DNA from: Nitrospirota bacterium | Lineage (GTDB): Bacteria > Nitrospirota > JACRHJ01 | Reading direction: 5' to 3' | DNA length: 40,774 nucleotides | NCBI GenBank assembly: GCA_963733375.1 | Contig: CAVTDB010000018.1 | Coordinates: 1-40,774, forward strand | Shown: one piece after another, positions 1 through 8,294 of the stretch | Layout of the letters: each line of letters opens with the position of its first letter | Position numbering within the stretch: the stretch's first letter is position 1 | Program-made: the position numbers and the translations under genes | The notes under the pieces: model-generated | The model's input: the letters and a program-made list of their open reading frames with translations, nothing else | The model's database searches: none | What the model was told of the DNA's origin: nothing

Positions 1-136
1 CACCCCGGAATCAGCGGTGAGGACGGTCCCGTGCGGGCCTTCGAGTGTCCGTATAAAGCTCTTTATTGCGTTATACTGATATACTATATTTACACGATAT
101 ATGCAAGTCGTATAAACATTAAAAATAATACTGATA

Positions 137-373
137 ATGAATACACTTAATTGTCCGGTCCATGCGCTCCATGCGCTCCGGCCCTACCTGCCCTTTCTTT
201 TGCTGTGGAGCATATTTTGGAAAGGCCTCGCGTTATGGCACTCGGGAAGACGGGGCCAGGCATGGTGGTTCGTGATACTCATCGTGGTGAATACGGTTGG
301 AATCCTTGAGATCATCTACCTCTTCGCAGTCGCCAAATTGAAACCGTCGGAGCTTTTCAGCAAGAAGGTGTAA
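137..373 (+). CDS. Small membrane protein, DUF5652-like
   Basis: 78 aa with two hydrophobic segments and the motif WKGLALWHSGRRGQ..WF...VNTVGILEIIYL typical of DUF5652. Confidence 0.7.
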   Translation: MNTLNCPVHALHALRPYLPFLLLWSIFWKGLALWHSGRRGQAWWFVILIVVNTVGILEIIYLFAVAKLKPSELFSKKV

Positions 374-530
374 GGCGCCGCCCGGCGTACTCTCCGCGCC
401 CCTTCCGCCACCCGGCCTAAGCCCCCCACCCCCCTCCGCGCGCCCGAAGCCCGCTAGGCGGGTGGAAAAGGAAGAAACAATATAGTATGTGTCCCTAATT
501 TCCTGAAGGTAACGAATTCAAAAAATTAAT

Positions 531-2760
531 TTACAGGAGGCAACCTAATGCAAAACCGTCTAAAGGGGTAACCATGATATCTTTATCATCCCCCAGTACG
601 CCCGTATAAGTTAAACCCATATCATATGAAACACAAGGACCCGCGATACCGGAAAGAGCAAAGGTGACAGAGCCTTCACCTCCAGGAGGTACGTCATAAT
701 CCATTGATACCGGCGGCGCGTTACCGGGAAAGCTGTAATAATAGCATATTGCATTTGATGTAAACTGCAAAGTGCCTTTATGCATTGTTTCATTAGAATT
801 ATTTTTAAATCTAATTGTGCATGAATTGATTACATTGTCGGAGCCGTACTGTAAGCCGTTCTGGAGGCTGAATGATGCCCCCTCTATTTCCAGGTTGCCT
901 AACGTACCTGCAGCAGTAAGCGTTGCATCTTTATTATCTCCAAGCGTGCCATTATAGGTTAACTGCAATTGCAGGGTGTCGCCATTCCAAAAATCCATAT
1001 CGGGAAGCGTAATCGTATAGGCATCGCTTGACTGGCCGGAAGGTATATCCGACTCTAACCCTACGGTGTCGCCATATATAGGATTGCCAGAGGAATCTAC
1101 AAACACAAGGGAAATGGTTGAACCATCCGCGTACATTGTTTTGCCTGTGTCATTCTTAATTTTAAAAGTCACTCCGTTAAGCTGCACTCCGCCGTCCCCG
1201 AAAGCGTCAACAACCCAGACATATCGTGGAGCTATTTCTCTAAGTGAAATTCCCTGCGCACAGTTGAATGTCTTCGCCGCAACTGAGTCATTCTCAAGCC
1301 CCAGCCTACCGCGATATACGAGCATGTACTGAACATTTGTTGAGCCGGACGGAATGGGATTGGAAAAGGTGAAGGTGTATTTATAGGTATCGATAGAAGT
1401 GTCGTTGCCGGAAGGGATGTTTCCGGTGAGATTGACGTTCTCCCGATTTGCCATAGACGGTACTGCCGGTACTGTCCTGATAGCTGTACGAGACCACAAG
1501 ATGCGAGTTATTCACCGCATAAATATCCTCGCTGGGGGTGTTGTTTTTTACTTTCAATGTCATGCCAGTGATAACTGAATTGCCGCTGTCATCCGTCCCC
1601 GTCGTTGCCGCCGCGTCAATGGCGTCTATCTGGCCGCGGAAGAAATATTGAAGGAGAGCAGAGGAGTAAGCAATAGCATCCGGAAGTAGTCTCCTTGCGT
1701 ATGCGTCGTAGCATTGCTCATCCAGCGCCTGGTCTTTTAGATTGGTTAATAAAACATAATCATACGATGGAATGTAGTTATGGACATACCAACCCAAAAA
1801 TCCATCTGTGGCGAGTGGATAACCCGCATCGCCCTCACCACTTTTATAATAGTAAGGTCTATAAATAGTCATCCCTTGGTCAGTTCCTACAGGTAGATCC
1901 ATTATAGTAGCGCTGGAATATGCAGGATACGGGTAATCACTAAAAATAGTGTCTTCGCTGAAGAAGTTGGCGTTAGAATATTCAGCCAAGCCAACCGAGT
2001 CGAAGGGTGTTATTCCGGGGTTGGTCCCATTATAAGAGTCAGTATCGAAGAGGCCCGCTACGGGAATGGTGGCGTATGGGTTATATCCTACCCTACTCAA
2101 GAGATAGGGGCTTAAAGGAAGGGCGGGCGTGTTTACAATCGAGGTAAACTGAGCTTGTTCGGCAGGTTTCTTGCTGGTCCTCATGCTTTCAACCCAGTCT
2201 TCGTAATTGTATACATAATGGAAGTCATTCCGTGTATGTGCCGGAACGGATGCATCTTGTATAAGGTGCATCAATTGCCCCAAACCGCGAAAACAAAGTG
2301 AATAGAAATTCGCTTGTGAAGTATCGCTTGGGGCAGTCAGTGCCCAATAATAATAAGACCGCACGTCGTTCCATGAAAAATAACCGTTGATTGGCTGGCT
2401 CTGGAGCGGATATTGCGCCCAGACGGCGGAAGAGTTGCCAACCCCTTTGAATCCAGCACTGCCCCAATCCTTTAAAGGGTCGTGGAAGTGGTTCATCGAA
2501 CGCGTGTACATCGGTTCGTCTTCGAATACACCGCCATCGGCTATCCAATTCCATACTTGTTCTCCATTATAGTAGTTTTGTACGCCGCCTGAAATATTTA
2601 GATTATTCTTAAGATACGAATCTAAGGGAAAACCATTCCACCAGTTGCGAGCTATACCTCCATTCAAGTAGGAATGCGTTTGCTCTTCTAAAGCGAATGC
2701 CATATTGTTCATGGCAAATAGTATGACACAGAGAAAAAAGATTATTTTCTTGGCGCTCAT
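531..2760 (-). CDS. Large secreted protein: N-terminal Zn-dependent phospholipase C/P1-nuclease-like domain plus three C-terminal beta-sandwich repeats (about 742 aa after fixing one frameshift)
   Basis: Signal peptide, NHFHDP and HLIQDASVPAHTRNDFH motifs. ORFs 1381..2760 and 531..1499 join by removing one G at ~1442-1444 (..YGKS|ENVNLTG..). Confidence 0.7.
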
Positions 2761-2773
2761 GGGAGTCTTCTCC

Positions 2774-3349
2774 TTATCGTTTTACATCGATACCGAGGTC
2801 TTTCAGCTCGGAATTGAGTAGGTTCAGAAACTTAGGGGTTTTCTTAAAAGGTGCTCTTCCCAACTCGCCTACCGATCCTTCAGCGTCGTTAGCCGTTCTC
2901 AATCGTTCTTCCTTTGTTTTTAGCCTTGGCAGTTCCACCACTGTGCCTTGAGCTTGAAAATATTCAGATGGGGTCAGGTGGGGCGCTATTATTTTAGCGT
3001 GAGGTCCAGGAAGCGGGTCATATTTAGGATACGAGCCGTATCCCGGCTTATAGATTGTAAAGAAAGGCCCTTTAATGTATCTGATCCCTATAATTGAAAG
3101 AAATCGTTTCGAGGAAATCTCAAATTCTCCATTTTTATCTGTAAGAGTTTCTGCCGCATCAACAAAACCAGTGTCAGTACCTGCGGGGGTGCCAGTTTCT
3201 CTTATCCACACCGCCACTACCGCCGCACCCTCGATCGGCTGTTTCGTCTCGGCGTCTACAACTTTTCCACTCCACGGGCCGTGAGCGTAACAGCCAGTCG
3301 AGGGAATCAGTAGAACTGCAAATATTAAAAAAAGGATAAACCTATTCAT
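2774..3349 (-). CDS. Exported protein (possible lipoprotein) with carboxypeptidase-regulatory-like beta-sandwich domain
   Basis: Signal peptide, GKVVDAETKQPIEGAAV...TDKNGEF motif; AGGAG RBS. Confidence 0.75.
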   Translation of the reverse strand: MNRFILFLIFAVLLIPSTGCYAHGPWSGKVVDAETKQPIEGAAVVAVWIRETGTPAGTDTGFVDAAETLTDKNGEFEISSKRFLSIIGIRYIKGPFFTIYKPGYGSYPKYDPLPGPHAKIIAPHLTPSEYFQAQGTVVELPRLKTKEERLRTANDAEGSVGELGRAPFKKTPKFLNLLNSELKDLGIDVKR

Positions 3350-3358
3350 TAACTCCTC

Positions 3359-4597
3359 CTAAAATGATTTAATCCTCCAAATCCCATCCTCGTCCTTGAC
3401 GAATAGAACATAGAACGAGTAGTCCTTTCCGTCCTGAGTGACTCGCATATCACCTTCGGCGGCATTGCCCATTGTCTTCGTTATTTCCATGTCTCCCATA
3501 CCGGATATAGCCTGGGCCAGCACTCCTGCATCCTTCAAGGCTTGAAATTGTTTCTGGTAGGCATCACGGGTGCCAAGCGAGAAATATTCCGCCGCGCCGC
3601 TTATATCGCCGGAAGTCAAGGCTGTTACCATACTATTCCACTTTGCCTTCAAATCCGGCACCGGTGCGACATTTACTATGGTGGTTTTGGAATATTTGTT
3701 ACCGTTCACATCCGTGATGGTTATGGTCGGAAAATAAAGCCCGTTAGCGCTGTAAACGTGGGGACTGCTGAAAAGCGCATCCGATGTTTGCGCGGAAGCG
3801 TCCACTATGCCGTCCCCGTCATAATCCATTTCGTAAAGTGTTCTAACTATGGGGATAGAATCGCTTTCGGTAAATGTAACCGAGAGCGGAGCTTGTCCCT
3901 CGCTTGGGGAAGGGGTTAAGTAAACTGACGAAGCAGTCGGATTCAAAAGTGTTACGCTGGCGGAATCCACGGCCGTTTCGTTTGAGCCGTCCGTGGCGCT
4001 CGCGGTAATGGTATTTTCGCCTTCCTGCAATGGGACATCGACAATCGCAAAATTTTTGCCGTTTACTTCAGCCGGTATGCCGTTTACAGTAACGCCGACC
4101 TCCGCGCCGGGCTGATCGTCTATAGTGCCGCGTATTATAGTCCCGTAATCAGTTATTGTACTTCCATTTGCGGGATTCGTTATATGTACCTCAAGGCAGT
4201 GCATTACGCCCGCTACCGTAACGGTTATTTTGGCACCCGGTTTGCTCTGGAGCTTTATGGCAATTACGTTGCCTGTCTTGGCTATGCCGTAAACCGGCTT
4301 CACGATCGTTGCGACATTCTGGTTGAAATCTTTTTGCTGGACCACGGTGAAACCATTAATCGATATAGTCCCGCTTGAGATCCTGTTACTGCCGTCGGCG
4401 TCGCCGTTGTTCACTGTAATTGTGAAAGTCCCAGTCGGATCGCAAACATCGAAGCTCCCGGAGAATGTATTGGGAGCGCCCGTTGTCCGTATATACGTCT
4501 GCGGTCCGAATACAACCTTGCCTTCATTTGCAAATGAATACTTGCCTGCAAGCAAAAAACACATCACCAAAATAATTATTAAAGAAAGACGCTTCAT
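3359..4597 (-). CDS. Secreted Ig-like/PKD domain protein with a C-terminal NTF2-like alpha/beta domain
   Basis: Signal peptide; Ig-like segment (ITNPANGS..LQEGENTITASATD); PKD-like segment (PSEGQAPLSVTF..DYDGDG..HVYSANGLY); C-terminus FVKDEDGIWRIKSF. Confidence 0.7.
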   Translation of the reverse strand: MKRLSLIIILVMCFLLAGKYSFANEGKVVFGPQTYIRTTGAPNTFSGSFDVCDPTGTFTITVNNGDADGSNRISSGTISINGFTVVQQKDFNQNVATIVKPVYGIAKTGNVIAIKLQSKPGAKITVTVAGVMHCLEVHITNPANGSTITDYGTIIRGTIDDQPGAEVGVTVNGIPAEVNGKNFAIVDVPLQEGENTITASATDGSNETAVDSASVTLLNPTASSVYLTPSPSEGQAPLSVTFTESDSIPIVRTLYEMDYDGDGIVDASAQTSDALFSSPHVYSANGLYFPTITITDVNGNKYSKTTIVNVAPVPDLKAKWNSMVTALTSGDISGAAEYFSLGTRDAYQKQFQALKDAGVLAQAISGMGDMEITKTMGNAAEGDMRVTQDGKDYSFYVLFVKDEDGIWRIKSF

Positions 4598-4621
4598 CGG
4601 ATTCTCCTCCCTGCGAGTAAA

Positions 4622-4664
4622 TAAAAAAAAACGCCTACCCTATTTTTTGATAAGAGAGTAGGCG
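4622..4664 (-). terminator. Intrinsic terminator forming the riboswitch expression platform
   Basis: Minus strand CGCCTAC...GTAGGCG stem followed by a 9-nt U tract, 25 nt before the first ATG at 4597. Confidence 0.8.
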
Positions 4665-4674
4665 CGCGCAAATA

Positions 4675-4769
4675 CATACTTCGGCAAACGCCCAGCCATA
4701 AGTAATGCTACCTTTAGGCCGACGTCTTTGCGCCCTGCTCTTTCGAAACAGGTTGCTCTTATCGGTATG
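4675..4769 (-). ncRNA. GEMM-I (c-di-GMP-I family) riboswitch aptamer, A20 variant
   Basis: Minus strand CATACCGATAAGAGCAACCTGTTTCGAAAGAGCAGGGCGCAAAGACGTCGGCCTAAAGGTAGCATTACTTATGGCTGGGCGTTTGCCGAAGTATG: P1 CATAC/GTATG, P2 with GAAA tetraloop, GCAAAG junction, P3 with CCTAAA..TATGG receptor and TGCCGA 3' motif. Confidence 0.9.
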
Positions 4770-4887
4770 GCTATTAAATTTTTAATTAAAAAATCTACTC
4801 ATTAAAAATGAGTATGTACTTATATCATGGCTAAAGAAAAATAAAAACCTAGTATTTTTACTAGGATTAAATATTTATCATATTTTG

Positions 4888-4937
4888 GAGAAATTAGGAG
4901 AAATTTAGAGGAGAAATTAGAGAAATTAGGGACACAT
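4888..4937 (+). repeat. Four near-tandem copies of (G)AGAAATTAG ending in the inverted repeat
   Basis: GAGAAATTAG 4888-4897, GAGAAATTTAG 4898-4908, GAGAAATTAG 4911-4920, AGAAATTAGGGACACAT 4921-4937. Confidence 0.85.
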
Positions 4938-5350
4938 CCCATATTTTTCCCAGCTCTTAATAACTCCTCCTGCTTAAAACCCCAAACCAGCCTCGGCCAA
5001 CATTTATTCATATATAAATGGAAAAATCAACGAATTTCATCCGGTATCGAATTCGTGACATCTCCACGAGCGGCACAATGCTTTTAGGGGGGGTAAAGGC
5101 GGGTTTTTGAGACGCCGTTTTTTACGTGGCCGGAGGGAATTTTGCCCTTATTACACATGGAGTTACGCCCGTAAAACGAGCGGTTTCGGCGGCACGGAAA
5201 TCACGTTATCGCGCGCTCTAACTGATTGAAAATTAACGATTCTTCTACGCGCCTTAACGCGGTTTTCCCGCTTAATGCACCATTAAATCAAAGGTTATTT
5301 ATCCGCGACGACTTAAAACTACAGGCGGCAAGCCGCCGGAAATGTAATCC

Positions 5351-5379
5351 TTGCAAAACAAACGGATTTTTATTATAAT
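5351..5379 (+). promoter_or_regulatory. Sigma70 promoter of ssrA
   Basis: TTGCAA (5351-5356), 17 bp, TATAAT (5374-5379), 8 nt before the tmRNA 5' end. Confidence 0.8.
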
Positions 5380-5387
5380 ACTTTATG

Positions 5388-5741
5388 GGGGGCGCTAGGC
5401 TTCGACGGGAGCATCGAGGCTTGGGTTGCATGCCGGGTTCCACCGACCCGTAACCAGGTGGACAAAACATACTCGCCAATACACACGAGTACGCTTTAGC
5501 CGCTTAGGCGGCTAACGCCCTTCCGGTTCCACGTCAGCGGGGGCCGGAGCAGGGTGTCATAATCGTTGACTTTTTCCCGCTTTCCTTCCCGCGAGGGCGG
5601 GCTGAGACCACGGTCGGGACAGCCTCTAACGAGTAGCCTGCCGGTGGGCGACTCCAGAGGTTAAACGTTCGCCGGATAAGCATGTAGTAGCTCACTGCCA
5701 AGGGTTTTCGGACGCGGGTTCGATTCCCGCCGCCTCCACCA
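5388..5741 (+). ncRNA. ssrA: tmRNA
   Basis: 5' GGGGGCG pairs with 3' CGCCTCC-ACCA with a G3-U wobble; T-arm GGGTTCGATTCCC; tag reading frame 5475-5507 encodes ANTHEYALAA*. Confidence 0.97.
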
Positions 5742-5839
5742 ATTTCATTCTTTTCGGTACGTTAGCCCATCTAAGCATAGCCTCTTCTGAATGTGCACAC
5801 AAATCTGCACACAGGAGAGGTCCGCCGCAGTCCTCCTTA

Positions 5840-5867
5840 TTGACGCAGGGGTTCATCCTGCTAAACT
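5840..5867 (+). promoter_or_regulatory. Probable sigma70 promoter of the SulP gene
   Basis: TTGACG (5840-5845), 16 bp, TGcTAAACT extended -10. Confidence 0.5.
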
Positions 5868-5888
5868 ATATTTAGCGGGCAGTTACCC

Positions 5889-7662
5889 GTGGAGCGATAC
5901 ATCATGCCCAGCGGCGGTCGTATAACCAAACTCTTCCCGTTCCTTATCTGGTGGCCGGAGTTTGGTAGGAGGACGTTCAAGTCGGACCTCATCGCGGGAC
6001 TTACCGGCGCGGTGATTGTCCTGCCTCAGGGCGTGGCCTTCGCAATCATCGCGGGGCTCCCTCCTCAGTATGGCCTTTACTCCGCCATTGTCCCGGCAAT
6101 CGTCGCCGCGCTCTTTGGCTCGTCCCGCCACCTGATATCCGGGCCGACCACCGCTATATCGCTAGTGCTCTTCTCCACCATAAGCCAGTTTGCGGAGCCC
6201 GGAGGCGCAAACTATATCCAGATGGTCCTGACGCTCACCTTCCTATCGGGGGTGGTGCAGCTCGCGCTCGGCGCGGTGAGGCTCGGAGCGCTGGTCAACT
6301 TCATCTCCCACTCGGTCGTCGTCGGGTTCACGGCCGGGGCCGCGATACTCATTGGCACGAGCCAGATAGGCGGGATGCTGGGGGTGTCGGTGCCAAAGGG
6401 CCACTCCTTCATCCGCACATGGCAGGCGTTGTTCACGCTCATTGCGGAGGCAAACCCCTACGTCGTCGCCATAGCCGCCGCGGCGCTCATCTCCGCGGTT
6501 CTCCTCAGGCTTTATACGCCGAAGCTGCCCGGCATGCTTGTCGCCATGGTTCTCGGGAGCGTGTTGTCTCTGTTTCTCAACGGGGCCTCCCACGGCGTAA
6601 AGCTAGTCGGGCCCCTCCCGTCCAGCCTGCCGCCGCTTTCATCGCCGGACCTGTCGCTTCGCTCGATGCGCCTTCTATTCCCAGGCGCGCTCGCAGTCGC
6701 CATGCTGGGCCTTGTCGAGGCGGTGTCGATAGCACGCTCGGTCGCAACGCGCTCCGGGCAGCGCATCGACAATAACCAGGAATTCATCGGGCAGGGGCTA
6801 TCCAACATCGTCGGCAGCTTCTTCTCCAGTTATGCCGCATCCGGCTCGTTCACCCGCACAGGTGTGAGCTACTCCGCCGGTGCCAAGACGCCGATGTCAG
6901 CCGTGTTCGCCGCATTGTCACTCATGGCCATGCTCCTTTTCATAGCCCCGCTGACTGCCTACCTGCCTATTGGCGCAATGGCGGGCATACTGGTTTTGGT
7001 CGCGTACAACCTAATTGACATACACCACATAAAGACCATCGTGCGGACCAGTAGACAGGAGGCGGTGGTGATGGTTGTGACGTTTCTGTCCACGCTGTTC
7101 GTAGAACTCGAATTTGCTATATACATAGGCGTACTGTTGTCCCTGATGCTCTATCTCAACCGCACCTCGCATCCGCGCTTCGTCACGCTCGTGCCGGACC
7201 CCGAGGCGCAGCGGCACAGCTTCAGGAACGTGGAATACCACCCTACGCCGGAATGCCCGCAGTTGAAGGTACTGCGGGTGGACGGCTCTCTCTTCTTCGG
7301 CGCGGTGAACCACATGGCGGAAGAGATAGCCCGCATCAGGCGCGAGTCCCCGGAGCAGTGCCACCTGCTTGTAGTCGCAACCGGTATAAACTTCATAGAA
7401 CGTCGCGGGCTGTGAGATGCTCGCGGCTGAGGCGCACCGGCTGCATCTGTCGGGCGGAAAGCTTTATCTGAGCAACCTTAAGCACGACGTCCGGGAGGTA
7501 TTGGAGCGGGGCGGTTACATTGAGAAGATAGGCGAGGAGAATATATTCCACAGCAAAACCGAGGCGCTTAAAGAGATAGTACAGCGGCTCGACCCGGAGC
7601 GATGCAGGCTGTGCACCTCCAGAATATTCCATGAGTGCGGGGAGCGGCCGAGAGAAATGTAA
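5889..7662 (+). CDS. SulP/SLC26 family inorganic anion transporter with STAS domain (one frameshift at ~7399)
   Basis: DLIAGLTGAVIVLPQGVAFA..GLY and GSSRHLISGPT motifs, NQEFIGQGLSN, STAS (DGSLFFGA). Removing one A in GAAC restores FIDVAGCEMLAAE, joining ORF 7417..7662. Confidence 0.92.
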
Positions 7663-7705
7663 GGAGATACGCCAGAACAAGCTGAGGAAGCTTGAAAACG
7701 AGGAT

Positions 7706-7752
7706 AAAAAGGCAGTCGGCCTGGAGGGGGCATCTCAGGCAGACTGCCTTTT
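7706..7752. terminator. Bidirectional terminator-like hairpin between convergent genes
   Basis: AAAAAGGCAGTC...GACTGCCTTTT. Confidence 0.65.
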
Positions 7753-7789
7753 CTATCTTATCTATTTTGCGTTGCGCTCTAAGAGCCCA

Positions 7790-8161
7790 TCAGAGTTTTT
7801 CGCCACGGGATTTCTCTAACTTCGTCAACTTTTTTGCATAGCATTCTTTACCCTTCGTCATGCAGGTCACCTCGACCTTGTCCCCGGCCTTGACTTTCTT
7901 GCTTTGCATCTCCTTTATATTGAATGTCGAGTCCTTGCCGTCCTCGCCGGTCAACACCATCTCGCCCTTTTTGCGGTCTATTGACTTAAGCGTGCCGGTG
8001 ACCTTATGAATACCCTCGAGCCCGCAATTTTTCTTGGTGGCACAGGGGTTCTTAGGGTTAACGGGCGCCGGCTTCACGGTTTCGGCGGCAAAGGCGCCCC
8101 CGATAAAAACAATAAACGTCAGCACAGACAGGATGGCAACCAGATATTTCCTCATACGCAC
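7790..8161 (-). CDS. Small exported protein, probable OB-fold
   Basis: Signal peptide ending AFA; VTGTLKSID...VKAGDKVEV pattern; AGGAGG RBS. Confidence 0.65.
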   Translation of the reverse strand: MRMRKYLVAILSVLTFIVFIGGAFAAETVKPAPVNPKNPCATKKNCGLEGIHKVTGTLKSIDRKKGEMVLTGEDGKDSTFNIKEMQSKKVKAGDKVEVTCMTKGKECYAKKLTKLEKSRGEKL

Positions 8162-8294
8162 CTCCTTGTTATCGCCTCGTATATAGTGCCCCCCTTGCGC
8201 TTTGATTTCAATTATAGCATGGTTAACAAGAACCGACCTCGGGGGTGTGGCGTTAAGTCCACAAAAAAGAATTTTGCGGCAATCGGCGCCCGGC

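Larger units (their letters stand above)
487..4937. mobile_element. Putative non-autonomous cassette bounded by 16-bp inverted repeats
   Basis: ATGTGTCCCTAATTTC (487-502) is the exact reverse complement of GAAATTAGGGACACAT (4922-4937). The enclosed DNA is visibly more AT-rich than the core genes. No transposase or recombinase inside. Confidence 0.5.

Noticed and set aside
4888-4937. CRISPR array
   Set aside because: Units are ~10 bp with no spacers, and there are no cas genes in the window.
4820-5011. 63-aa minus-strand ORF across the right inverted repeat
   Set aside because: Low-complexity translation of the repeat stutter (NFSNFSSKF) with no similarity to a transposase or regulator that I can recognise.
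487-5741. Classical ssrA-integrated genomic island or Tn7-like element
   Set aside because: The cassette lies upstream of the ssrA 5' end. I found no duplicated ssrA 3' fragment, integrase, tns gene or 5-bp target duplication.
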